Shown: positions 1 to 10,081, numbered from the stretch's first letter. The stretch is 64,000 nucleotides of DNA from Candidatus Obscuribacteraceae bacterium (GCA_044226015.1 JBGAHS010000002.1:1-64000); one strand, 5' to 3'. Numbers and translations: made by a program. The notes: generated from the letters alone by a model not told the origin.

Positions 1-533
1 CTTCCGGTGAACTCTTGATTCAGTGCAGTCAAATCATCATTAATTGCGTATGCATAGTCGCATGTGCAGCCATTCTCATAGGTAACTAGAGTTCGCCTGG
101 AGAGATCGTCGTAATCAAAATGGACAGCTGCCGTGCTGCTGCCGTTGAGCTTGATGTCAGTGAGACGGTTCAACTCATCGTAAAAATAGGATGCATAATA
201 TCCATCAGGATAAATTAGCTTCGTCCTGTTGCCGTTGTCGTCCAGTTCGTAACCAACAGCCTTCGCATCAGGTATGCTCTGCTCAATCAGCCTTCCTGCC
301 GAATCGTATTCGTAGCCATAGCCACCACTGCTAGGGTCATCAGGATCGGTCGGCGTGTTGATATTCAGCAATCTACCTGCCAAATCATAGGTCATGGTCT
401 GCAAAGCCAGCGCACCTGGCTGCTTCGTATCCAGCCTGTTGAGCGGGTCAAAGGTGCTCACGATTATGTCGCCAGGGCTCGGCGACACATCAACGCTACC
501 AGCACGCGTTACATAGGTCAGAATATTTCCATT
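1..533 (-). pseudogene. RHS/YD-repeat core fragment with no start codon of its own; runs off the left edge
   Basis: Minus-strand frame reads NGNILTYVTRAGSVDVSPSPGDIIVSTFDPLNRL...TYDLAGRLL...YDSAGRLI...LDDNGNRTKLIYPDG...YDELNRLT...YDDLSRRT...NQEFTG. These are classic YD repeats, out of frame with the upstream ORF 518-1117. Confidence 0.75.
51..512. repeat. Direct repeat copy 1 (462 bp) of an RHS core segment; pairs with 1600-2061
   Basis: Ungapped alignment at offset 1549; about 39 mismatches in 462 bp by manual count (about 91-92% identity), mostly at third codon positions. Confidence 0.92.
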
Positions 534-1117
534 GTGGCGCTTCCGGTGAACAAATTTACAGGGTCTATCGAAGTCGCAACATTCGTGTTGCCATTGTTAG
601 TGAGAGATGGAGCTCTGTAAGAACCGCCTGCTGTCTGAATCTTTGTTTGGGGATTGCTGGTGGCAGCTCCCGAACTTATCGAGCCAATGAGAGTATCGGA
701 AATGCCAGAGAATGCAGAGAAATTTAGAAAACCTCCACCCACGAAATCGCCGACAGAAGTCTGTCCATCATCATGAACTATAACAACACCCTCATTGGCA
801 ACAATGGTTTGCCCCATTGCTCCGATTGCATCCGCAGTCCAATTTGTTAGCAGACCCTGGACAGAAGACCATGTGAGCGGGTTTGGCGGATAAACAGTTT
901 GTCCATTTGCAATTGCAGTATCAAGCATTCGCACAGCCGAAATACCGATAGTGTCCAAGTTCTGCTGCATTACAGCACCTTCCAGGGCGCCAGCCATGAT
1001 GGTGCCAGCAGCAAAGACATTTCCTTCTGCTGCGCTATTTCCTACTCTGCTTATGTAAGCAGCCAGGTGTCCTCCCAGGTCGAGAGCTGGAGAGCCAAAG
1101 AAGTCGTTGTACTCCAT
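518..1117 (-). pseudogene. Fragment of the pre-core region of a large RHS protein, ending just after the DPVNxxTG (DUF6531-type) motif
   Basis: Contains GALEGAVMQQ...ISAVRMLDTAIANGQTVY, reminiscent of the region preceding the core in large RHS proteins, then SIDPVNLFTGSA followed almost at once by a stop. Confidence 0.6.
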
Positions 1118-1200
1118 CGGTATTGAAATTCGTGTCCGTTCTACCGATCAAATCGAAACAGTTGGCAATCCCCAGAAAGTGCCTGTGATATTATTGTAAA

Positions 1201-1515
1201 GTGCTGAGGAGAATCTTTACGCCTATGCTGAATCGCTGTAGCCATTGGATTTACTCTCTTGCATTTTTGATGCTGACTACAGCGACGGCGGTTCAAGCTG
1301 AATCCATCGATCCGGAAAAGTGTTTTGATACCGAGAATGCCATCTTGCCGGATCTTGGACCAATCAAACCAATAGTGCAGAGCAATTTCGAAAATGATTA
1401 CGAAACAATGTGGTTACTGAGTGAACTTTCTATTGAGCCACACCCCTTAGTCAAGATCCGATCTGCTAAATTTGCGTTACCACTCTGTCCTCTAATTACC
1501 TCTATATTTCCCTAA
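1201..1515 (+). CDS. Small hypothetical protein with a predicted signal peptide; possibly a truncated remnant
   Basis: Hydrophobic stretch and AVQA cleavage-like site (LAFLMLTTATAVQA-ES); lies between RHS fragments. Confidence 0.35.
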   Translation: MLRRIFTPMLNRCSHWIYSLAFLMLTTATAVQAESIDPEKCFDTENAILPDLGPIKPIVQSNFENDYETMWLLSELSIEPHPLVKIRSAKFALPLCPLITSIFP

Positions 1516-1521
1516 GTCCAG

Positions 1522-2079
1522 CTACTCTCCCAAATTAGGAATCGTCAAATTTGCGTTTCCTATATCAATGTTCGGCAGTCCTAGAAGGTTCTCACCTATT
1601 GCATGGTCGCATGTGCAGCCATTCTCATAGGTAACCAGAGTTCGCCTGGAGAGATCATCGTAATCAAAATGAACAGCTGCCGTGCTGCTTCCGTCGAGCT
1701 TGATGTCGGTGAGCCGATTCAACTCATCGTAAAAATAAGATGCATAATATCCATCCGGATAAATCAGCTTCGTCCTGTTGCCGTTGTCGTCCAGTTCGTA
1801 ACCTACAGCCTTTGCATCAGGCATGCTCTGCTCTATCAGCCTTCCTGCCGAATCATAATCGTAGCCGTAGTCACCACTGGTAGGGTCATCAGGATCTGTC
1901 GGCGTATTGATATTCAGCAATCTACCTGCCAAATCATAGGTCAGGGTCTGCAGAGCTAGCGTTCCCGGCTGCCTGGTGCTCAGCCGGTTGAGCGGGTCAA
2001 AGGTGCTCACGATTACGTCGCCAGGGCTCGGCGACACATCTACACTACCAGCACGCGTGACTATCAAAGCGCAGTGCAC
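1522..2079 (-). pseudogene. Second RHS/YD-repeat core fragment, truncated at both ends
   Basis: YD repeats nearly identical to fragment 1-533; homology starts at VTRAG and stops abruptly after ENGCTCD. Confidence 0.75.
1600..2061. repeat. Direct repeat copy 2 (462 bp) of the RHS core segment
   Basis: Ungapped match to 51-512. Confidence 0.92.
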
Positions 2080-2234
2080 ACAAGCACAGTAGTTAGTTCA
2101 CGGGGTTTTCACCCCAATTTAAGTAAGATTCATTGGAAATCAAAAATGAGTCGAACCAAATGGAACTTCAAGAAGACAGGAAAAATTCAATGAGCGCTAG
2201 AACCCAGGAAAAGACTTGCTCTGGAAGCCAGGTA

Positions 2235-4574
2235 TTAGCGATCAAATGGTTCGAAATCGTATTGTCTGAAGTCAAACCAGCTTTTGCCGCTATCGCCAGA
2301 TTGCTTGGGCTCTGTGCCTTTAATGCGAACAGCATCATAGTCAATGAGCGCAAGACCACGATTGGACATACCTGCGCGACTTCTCAAAGGAATCGCAGAA
2401 AAGCTTCCATCAGGCAATTTCAGAAGTGGTACGTAGGCAAGCTGGCCACGACCCCATGAGCTTTGATCATTATCCCAGAATACATATTTGCCATTTCTCT
2501 CAATTAAGTGGTCAAACAAATGCACATCATCCAATTTTACTGGGGTGATACCTCTTTGCTGATAGTAGTAGCTCACAGGACCATCTGGAGTCATTATTTC
2601 CGTCCGCTTTCCAATGATGCTTGCGTCAAAGCGAACCGGTCGACCATCAACCTCCAGAGTGCGCGTGCCCCAATCTTGACGGAATGGCTTGTCCGTAAGT
2701 CGCAATACACCACCGTCCTTCATTACAAAGGCAATGGTTTCGTTACCTCCGCCAAGATATCGCTCAATCGGTCGATCAAAGCGCTCAAGCGCCTTAGCCA
2801 TAAGTTTAACGTCATGCAAATCTGACATTCTGTCTTTCGGATCAAGCGAGCGCAACCACTGAGACACAGTCATTCCTCTCTCAGGATGACGCCCAGCATC
2901 TTCGGAGAAATCGCTTCGCCTGTCAGAATTACGCTTTAGATCTCTTGCTTCGGCGCCTAACTTCAGCGCAGGTTCTCCTGCGTGCTCTGATGCTTTCAGA
3001 GCCTCCGGCAGAGAGAAGCGAAGGCGATTGCTTCCAGGAACTTGCAAAAGTACGTCGCCAGTTGCGTCGGGAAACAAATGCCTGCTAGTTACATCTTTTA
3101 TTCCAAGAGCCTCAAGCACTCGGGGGTTGCATGTTGCAAGAAGATCAGCAGAACGCAGCCCTTCAACCGGCGCTCTAAGACCTTGTTCAATGTGCTGAAT
3201 CAGCATCGACTTTTCCGGACCGAGTTGCGGGTTGGCTCTATCGCCATTCAAGACTTCGCGAACATTTACCAATGCTCGTGCGCTTGCACCTTGCTCAGAC
3301 AAACGGGGAATCAAGTCTGAAACGTTCTGGGCAACCACAAATTCCCTGATGCCAGGTGAAGTAACAACAGAAATGGAACTGCGGTCTCCAACAACGCGTA
3401 CAGACGACGCAGCATCGCCACCACCAATGGTGCTATCATTCTTTGCAATTGAGACGGAAGAGTCACCAGAACTAGCCAGTACCTTAGGTCTTGCTACAGG
3501 TCTTCCATCGAACCCGAGAACGAGTTCGACGTGCTTGCTCAAATCAGCCAACTCTAATTTCGGTGCTTTGAGTTCTGAGCCTGCAGCCTTTGCGGAATTC
3601 TCGGCAAGTTCTCTAGAATTGACTGCGGACTGCGGCGCTCGCGAAAACGAGGCACCAAAGGCAGCAGCACCGCCATCAAGTGTCATCTGAACAAGTCCGC
3701 CCTTCAGGGCGTATGCATAATCAACCGGCAAGCCGAGTTTTTGCTGAGCTTGTACACTGTTGAAAAACCCAGACGAGAAACCAAATGCACCACCTGTGAT
3801 TGCTTGTGCAGAAAGAGGGTTCGCTTTGGCAAATTCAGCATTCAGCCCTAACTTCCTCAGCGCCAAGTATCCCGCACCAAATGTGATGGCATCAGTTGCA
3901 AGCTGTGTTGGGTCAGCAGTCTTTACAGCTGTGCGCCAGAGCCCTCCTTCAAGGTCAAAATTTCCATTTGAATCAAAATAAGTGCGAGAGTTAAGCCCGG
4001 TATCAGCAAGTCTATTCCCGATGCTCAGCGTGCCTGCCTTAAGCATCAAATTCATTTCGCTAGCGCCAACTTTGTTGAAAGTCCACTTGAGCGCAACACC
4101 TTTTCCGGCGCCGAGACCTGCGTCAGCCAGCTGGCGCTCGAGAGAATCGCCTGAATGTGCGGCGTCACTGGCGTTTAGTACAGCAGAGAGCGCGTAACCG
4201 CTTCTGCCAGGCATGAAGAGCCCGACACTTTTTGCAAACCCGCCAGCATGGTCTGACCAGGACTGAGCAGACTGCCGAGCTGCCAGGTCGCCCTTAACCG
4301 CCTCACGAATCTCTTGGTGAGCTTCCTGAGCGCCCTTCAAATCGCCAGTAGTTTTCGCGAATCCATACTGCAGCTGAAGCGCCTCTAGCTTCAGAAGAGA
4401 CTTGTCCTCTCCGTGAAACATCTGAGTCGCGCCAACAATGAGTTGAGAGAGGTAAGAACGGTTTTTGTCCTCTTCCCTGTGCTCAATGATCTCACGAGAC
4501 AGCATACCAAGGTCTGCTGCCGGAGCTGCTAGATTTTTCCCTGTAAGTCCAAAGGACTCCATAGCGCTTTCCAT
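2235..4574 (-). CDS. Large hypothetical protein: Gly/Ala-rich helical N-terminal half and C-terminal atypical protein-kinase-like domain
   Basis: 779-aa ORF. C-terminal motifs YLGGGNETIAF (G-loop-like), VLRLT, YYYQQ, VFWD and LIDYDAV occur in kinase order. No signal peptide. Confidence 0.6.
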   Translation of the reverse strand: MESAMESFGLTGKNLAAPAADLGMLSREIIEHREEDKNRSYLSQLIVGATQMFHGEDKSLLKLEALQLQYGFAKTTGDLKGAQEAHQEIREAVKGDLAARQSAQSWSDHAGGFAKSVGLFMPGRSGYALSAVLNASDAAHSGDSLERQLADAGLGAGKGVALKWTFNKVGASEMNLMLKAGTLSIGNRLADTGLNSRTYFDSNGNFDLEGGLWRTAVKTADPTQLATDAITFGAGYLALRKLGLNAEFAKANPLSAQAITGGAFGFSSGFFNSVQAQQKLGLPVDYAYALKGGLVQMTLDGGAAAFGASFSRAPQSAVNSRELAENSAKAAGSELKAPKLELADLSKHVELVLGFDGRPVARPKVLASSGDSSVSIAKNDSTIGGGDAASSVRVVGDRSSISVVTSPGIREFVVAQNVSDLIPRLSEQGASARALVNVREVLNGDRANPQLGPEKSMLIQHIEQGLRAPVEGLRSADLLATCNPRVLEALGIKDVTSRHLFPDATGDVLLQVPGSNRLRFSLPEALKASEHAGEPALKLGAEARDLKRNSDRRSDFSEDAGRHPERGMTVSQWLRSLDPKDRMSDLHDVKLMAKALERFDRPIERYLGGGNETIAFVMKDGGVLRLTDKPFRQDWGTRTLEVDGRPVRFDASIIGKRTEIMTPDGPVSYYYQQRGITPVKLDDVHLFDHLIERNGKYVFWDNDQSSWGRGQLAYVPLLKLPDGSFSAIPLRSRAGMSNRGLALIDYDAVRIKGTEPKQSGDSGKSWFDFRQYDFEPFDR

Positions 4575-4920
4575 TCCCTATAGCTGTAAATTCGATTACA
4601 GCCTACTTCAGGGAAAGCTTAAAATAATCTCCTATTTCAGCCAATGGGGAAATTCCCCCACCATGACGGAACGACGCCGCGACAGCACCGGTGGGGCGTC
4701 CCGGGCATACGCCCATCCCGGGACGGGGAGGAAAGTTGAGCGAGATTGCACGCGAAAGTAAGTGCTGCCCGAAAGCAGTGCTGGAACGCGAAAGAGAAAA
4801 GAATCGAACATCAAAACCGCAAGAAAGCCTTGATTGAATTCGATTAGAAAGCTCTAGCTGAGCCCGGCAGCAATCTGTTGAGGCTGAATTTGCAATAACT
4901 CTACCGCCCTACCATCAGGG

Positions 4921-5904
4921 TCACGAACGCTGACTTGCACGCCATCTTTCGCGAAAGAATTTTATAGCAGTATCACTGGGATACAGAATTTCGTGGTCAG
5001 AATCAATCGATGATCTGGGGTGCTGTGACAACACCACTTCTCTATCCTGATTCAAAATATAAGCGCTTTGCCAGGCACCAATAGTATCGAAGATTTGCGC
5101 CAACCCAAAGATTGTTATGAATGATTGATAGCCACGCAGGTACAACTTGGTTTCGTTTTCCGAGACAGGAACAAACGCCATCATTTGCCCAAACTTGCCT
5201 GGCACAATAGTCAGACTCCAGATGTTCGGAAAACGAAATTCGATGAACCCGGTCCCTGCCTCTTTTCCAGATGGAAAGAATCTGATGTACTCATCGCAAG
5301 TTTCGAACGTGACCTTCTTTGTCACGTCCATATTGCCACCAATTGTGTTGCGATGAACATAAGGCAGATGAGCATAGTCGAGTTGATTTTCGATGCATCG
5401 TGAGACGTGAGTCGGCCATGTGGTTGATTGCTTGCTGTAAGACCAGCTTCCCTGCAGCAATGCATCGAACCACGGAAGCTCTGCCGCTGGCTCGCTCTGT
5501 CCATGCCAAATCCAGATGAAACCGTGCATCTCTCGAACAGGAAAAATTGGCACCTTCAGATTAGGCGCAGCCTTCCGTGTCTCTGGGACTAACTGGCAGC
5601 TTCCGCACGCATCAAATTCGAAACCGTGGAATTTGCACTGAATAGAATTTCCAACGAGGCTGCCAACGCTCAGTTTAGCCGAGCGATGCGGGCACTGGTC
5701 AAGCATTGCCACGATAGAACCATTTTCTTGCCGCCAGAGGACTAGAGCTAGTCCAAATCTCTCGATTGCAAGAGGCTTTCTTGCTTTAAGCTCAGACACA
5801 TCTGCAACCACGTACCAACCAGCTGGCAATTGCATCGCTTTCACAGTAAGGGATTCCTCAAAATCACATGCCTTATTGTCGCATTGAATTCGATTTCTAT
5901 TCAT
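4921..5904 (-). CDS. Rieske non-heme iron oxygenase alpha subunit (VanA/PAO-like)
   Basis: DQCPHRSA...CKFHGFEFD Rieske ligands; ENQLDYAHLPYVH and NQD mononuclear iron motifs. Confidence 0.92.
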   Translation of the reverse strand: MNRNRIQCDNKACDFEESLTVKAMQLPAGWYVVADVSELKARKPLAIERFGLALVLWRQENGSIVAMLDQCPHRSAKLSVGSLVGNSIQCKFHGFEFDACGSCQLVPETRKAAPNLKVPIFPVREMHGFIWIWHGQSEPAAELPWFDALLQGSWSYSKQSTTWPTHVSRCIENQLDYAHLPYVHRNTIGGNMDVTKKVTFETCDEYIRFFPSGKEAGTGFIEFRFPNIWSLTIVPGKFGQMMAFVPVSENETKLYLRGYQSFITIFGLAQIFDTIGAWQSAYILNQDREVVLSQHPRSSIDSDHEILYPSDTAIKFFRERWRASQRS

Positions 5905-6046
5905 TGCTAGAAGCTAGATAGCAGTGAGGATAGTCAAGTAGGGTTCGTTCTTAGGCTACATTTAGAGTATAATCCCGAAGTCCATTTTGATGAGACGGTG
6001 CTAGTACTGCCTCGACCTTGTTTTTACACAACCGGAGGGAAATAAA

Positions 6047-7585
6047 TTGTCAGCGGCTCGCATCAGAATCTCAAACCTCATATCCCTTTCGTTCGCACTA
6101 GTATCTTGCGCATTCTTCTTTAGCACGTGCATGCCGAGCGCCTTGTCAGCAGAGTCTTCTGATACATGGGGTGTTCGTTCATCCATCTTTGATTTCGTGA
6201 GTGACCCCTGGAAATCACCGAAGAAAGAAGATGAGTCAGCCCGCTTTTTCCAAGACGGACTTATTGTAATCAAGAATGGTGTTATTGAGGACTGTGGCAA
6301 GTTTGAGAGCCTCTCAAAGAAATATCAGGGGTTAAATATCACGCGCCTTGATAATCGCATTATTGTTCCAGGTTTTGTTGATGGACATGTACACTGCCCT
6401 CAAACTCGAGTCTTAGGAGCTTTCGGGCACCAACTACTTCCCTGGCTTCAAACCTGGATTTATCCTGAAGAGTTGAAGTATAGAAACCCCGAATACGCTC
6501 AAAAGGGAACCACAGCGTTTTTTGAGGACATGCTTGCTTCTGGCACCACTACGTTTCAGGCTTTTACGACCTCAAGTCCTGTGTCAACCGAAGCGCTTTT
6601 CGAAGAAGCCAGCAAGCGCAACATGCGAGTAATCGCGGGGCTAACTGGAATTGACAGAAATGCACCCGCTGACTTTCTAATAAAAGCAGATGATTTCTAC
6701 ACTTCAAGCAAGGACCTCATTCAAAAGTATCACGGCAAGGGACGAAACCTCTATGCAATCACTCCCCGCTTTGCTTATGGCTCATCGCCAGAACTATTGA
6801 AAGCCTGCCAGAAACTGAAAACAGAATTTCCTGACCTCTGGGTCAATACGCATATCTCCGAAAATCCTAGTGAAATTCATGGTGTGCTTGCTGAGTATCC
6901 AGACTGCCATGATTACCTGGGTGTTTACGAGAAATACGCTCTTGTTGGTCCAAAATTTTCCGGCGGTCACGGTGTTTGGCTATCGGATGACGAATTCAAA
7001 CGAATCTCCCAAAAAGGAGCAACCGTTGTCTTCTGCCCTACATCCAACCTATTTCTTGGCAGTGGACTCTTCAGGTTAGGCAAGGCTCTCTCACCTGAGG
7101 CTCCTGTGCGTCTGAGCATGGGTTCTGACATGGGGGGTGGCAACAGCTTCTCCATGCTAGAAGTGTTGAACGAAGCATACAAAGTAGGCATGGTTAATAA
7201 CACCATGCTTGATGGCAGCGTTGACCCGAAGCAGCAAAATCTGGATGAAGCGGAAAGGAACAAATTGTCACCTTACAGGGCCTTCTATGCGCTCACGCTT
7301 GGCGGTGCTCGAGGCTTGTATGTCGATGACAAAATTGGAAATTTTGACAAAGGCAAAGAAGCAGATTTCGTAGTGCTAGATTGGAATGCTGGTCCGCGAG
7401 CGCTTAAATGGCATCAGTCGCTAATCGTTGGAGACAAAGGTCTTGCCAGCAAAGATATTGCTGCAAACGTCCTCTTTGGCATAATGAGCTGTGGCGATGA
7501 TCGCAATGTGGATGAAACCTGGGTTATGGGCAAACGAGCGTATAAGCGCGATAGAGGGTCGAGTTCAACGGAACAGAGCAAATAA
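6047..7585 (+). CDS. guaD: Guanine deaminase (amidohydrolase family) with an N-terminal signal-peptide-like extension
   Basis: PGFVDGHVH, LLPWLQTWIYPEE, YAITPRFA, THISEN, FCPTSNLFLGSGLF, GSDMGGG motifs; GGAGG 8 nt before the TTG start. Confidence 0.9.
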   Translation: MSAARIRISNLISLSFALVSCAFFFSTCMPSALSAESSDTWGVRSSIFDFVSDPWKSPKKEDESARFFQDGLIVIKNGVIEDCGKFESLSKKYQGLNITRLDNRIIVPGFVDGHVHCPQTRVLGAFGHQLLPWLQTWIYPEELKYRNPEYAQKGTTAFFEDMLASGTTTFQAFTTSSPVSTEALFEEASKRNMRVIAGLTGIDRNAPADFLIKADDFYTSSKDLIQKYHGKGRNLYAITPRFAYGSSPELLKACQKLKTEFPDLWVNTHISENPSEIHGVLAEYPDCHDYLGVYEKYALVGPKFSGGHGVWLSDDEFKRISQKGATVVFCPTSNLFLGSGLFRLGKALSPEAPVRLSMGSDMGGGNSFSMLEVLNEAYKVGMVNNTMLDGSVDPKQQNLDEAERNKLSPYRAFYALTLGGARGLYVDDKIGNFDKGKEADFVVLDWNAGPRALKWHQSLIVGDKGLASKDIAANVLFGIMSCGDDRNVDETWVMGKRAYKRDRGSSSTEQSK

Positions 7586-7626
7586 ATCTCTGCTTCATCG
7601 ATTCGCGCACTAAATTGCCTATTGAT

Positions 7627-9906
7627 TCAAGCCAATGGTCTTTTGCCGTTGCTCACTGGCTGCTCTCTGGGAAGCTCGAAGAAAAATGTAGAACCTTCTC
7701 CGAGCAATGTCTGAACACCAATATGTCCGTGGTGCTCATCTACGATAGCCTTGCAAATGGCTAGCCCAAGCCCAGTGCCACCTTTGCTGCGCGTGTCTGA
7801 TTGATCTAACTGTTGAAACTTCTGGAAGAGTTTTGAAACGTGGTCTTTCGGAATACCATTTCCATGGTCAACAACTGAAAAGCGCAGCCATTGCGAATCA
7901 ACCCATTCTGTCGTCACTGCGACATCACGACCAGGCGGTGAAAACTTCACTGCATTCGAAATCAAGTTAGTCAAAACTTGCAAAATCCTGTCCTCATCAC
8001 AGGTGACAAGTCCCTCAGCTTGCTGGCTTGAGGTCAGTTGGATGCCAACTTCATCTGCAACACTCTTCATTCCCTCAAGAGCAACCTGCACCAGATGTGA
8101 TGGCTGTACTTCTTGTAGTTTCAATTCAAGTTTTCCAGCTTCGATTTTTCGAATATCCAAAATGTCGTTGATCAAGCGTATCAAGCGATCACATTCTTCG
8201 CGACCAATGTCTACCAGCTGTTTTGCCATCTCAGACAGGTCTCCAGCGACGCCCCCCTGCATAAGACCAAGAGAGGCTCTAATAGAAGTTAGCGGCGTGC
8301 GCAGCTCATGTGACACCATGGAATAGAATTCGCTCACTCGTTTTTCCGCGGTTTTGCGTTCGCTGATATCTCTAAGCACCATGATGCCACCAATCAATTC
8401 ACCCTCGTCATTTCGAAGAGGTCGCCCTGTTGCACTCACCCAGATGCCACTTGGTGCAGCGCTGTTACGAATGAACATTTCATCGCCGTCAACAGAGCCA
8501 CCTTCAATCGCTTTGAAGATTGGAAGTTCCTTTACTGGATAAGCAGCTTTTTTCATCGAGTCATAGATGCCGCAATCTTCTGTCCAATCATGCACCGAAC
8601 CCGTCAAAGTTTCTGGCGCGAAAAATTTCAATGAGGCGGGGTTTGCTTCTGTCACCTGCCCGCTCATATCAACAACTATAATTGCCTCAGCCATGTTAAC
8701 CAGAATTGCATTAAGCTGAGCCTGACTTGAAGCCAACATGTCTTCAAACTGTCGCCGAAAAATGTACTGCCCGAGCTGGCTGCAAATTGTGTTCAGAGTA
8801 TCAAAAACTCTGTCGTCATGGTCGCGTCTTTTTGAACTGTACAACTCAAAAAGAGCAGTCACCTTTCCATCAGTTACGACTGGAATCACGAAGGCAGACA
8901 CCATGCCATCTTTGGACGCCACAGCAACACGCGGATATTGATTTTCCACTGCTTTCAAATCAGAGAGCCAGAGGGCTTCGCCAGATGACCAGACTTTAGA
9001 GGGAAGGTCATCATTTTGTTCAATGCGTAGTGACTGAGAGTGCGGGTAGAGATTCGACAGCAAGATAGACCCATTGTGCCAGTGCGCGGAACATCTCAGC
9101 ACCCCGTCTTCATCAGCCATCCAGCAAGCGCCTGCGTCCCAAAGCATATTTTCACAAACAGTTTTTAGCACTCGACCAATTGTCGAGCTGATATCGTGCA
9201 CTTCCGCAATTGCACGGGCAACATCGAACTGTACGGTGCTTGCACCCTCAATCTTCTCACGTTCAGCCAGATACATATTTGCTGAGAACAACAGCAAAAG
9301 CAAAAGTCCAAGCGAAATTATTCCGAGCAATGCGACAGTCATAATCATTTGCTTGCTGGAATCATTCAGTGAGCCCGTTAACGACGCCAGCAAGCGGCGC
9401 TCTTCCGTGCGCATTTTCTTTACGCAATCGCGAATCTTGTCGGTGAAGCGATTGCCTCTTCCTGATTCAATCTGTTGCAGCGCTAAATTGATCTTTCCTT
9501 GTGAGCGAGCCTCTTTTACTGTTTCAGCAAAGCCAACTTCATTTTTCAATTCAGCAAAAAGTGTATTGATATTTTCGCGTTGGGTTGGGCTATCGTTAGT
9601 TAATTCAGAAAGCCTCTGCACACGCCCACTAAGCTTTCGCACCGCCTCATTGAACGGACCAAGGAAATCTTCGTGGATAATCACGTATCCGCGCTGAGCA
9701 GTTTCAATATCACGAATCTGCGATTCAGTAGCTTCTAACTCAGCCAGCACCTCGTGCGTCAGCGCCACTTGCTGCCCAAGATCGATCAAACGCAACGCAT
9801 GCTCATACGCGACAAAAGCAGCAACAACAACCATGGAAACAGCAACCAGCCCAAGAAAAACCAGGTTGTTTCTAAAACTTGCAATTTTCTTGCTAATAAC
9901 AAACAT
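7627..9906 (-). CDS. Sensor histidine kinase (TM-CHASE3-TM-GAF-PAS-HisKA-HATPase)
   Basis: ETAQRGYVI (CHASE3), SHELRTPLTSI H-box, NLISNAVKF N-box, DHGNGI and GGTGLGLAI G-boxes. Confidence 0.95.
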   Translation of the reverse strand: MFVISKKIASFRNNLVFLGLVAVSMVVVAAFVAYEHALRLIDLGQQVALTHEVLAELEATESQIRDIETAQRGYVIIHEDFLGPFNEAVRKLSGRVQRLSELTNDSPTQRENINTLFAELKNEVGFAETVKEARSQGKINLALQQIESGRGNRFTDKIRDCVKKMRTEERRLLASLTGSLNDSSKQMIMTVALLGIISLGLLLLLLFSANMYLAEREKIEGASTVQFDVARAIAEVHDISSTIGRVLKTVCENMLWDAGACWMADEDGVLRCSAHWHNGSILLSNLYPHSQSLRIEQNDDLPSKVWSSGEALWLSDLKAVENQYPRVAVASKDGMVSAFVIPVVTDGKVTALFELYSSKRRDHDDRVFDTLNTICSQLGQYIFRRQFEDMLASSQAQLNAILVNMAEAIIVVDMSGQVTEANPASLKFFAPETLTGSVHDWTEDCGIYDSMKKAAYPVKELPIFKAIEGGSVDGDEMFIRNSAAPSGIWVSATGRPLRNDEGELIGGIMVLRDISERKTAEKRVSEFYSMVSHELRTPLTSIRASLGLMQGGVAGDLSEMAKQLVDIGREECDRLIRLINDILDIRKIEAGKLELKLQEVQPSHLVQVALEGMKSVADEVGIQLTSSQQAEGLVTCDEDRILQVLTNLISNAVKFSPPGRDVAVTTEWVDSQWLRFSVVDHGNGIPKDHVSKLFQKFQQLDQSDTRSKGGTGLGLAICKAIVDEHHGHIGVQTLLGEGSTFFFELPREQPVSNGKRPLA

Positions 9907-10081
9907 GCTGCTCGCTCAAAGCGCTAATTCTGACTCGACGTACTTTATCAGGCATTCCGCAAAACGCACCAACCCCAATGCATCCATACCACTGTGGGGT
10001 GCATCCAAAACGGACTCTAGCTGGCTGCCAGCCGCTTGGCGACTAGTAAAGAGCTAAAGAATTGTGGAGTCAAATTTCCAG

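Noticed and set aside
51..2061. Repeat pair as the TR/VR of a diversity-generating retroelement
   Set aside because: Mismatches involve all bases and are mostly synonymous rather than adenine-specific; no reverse transcriptase in the window.
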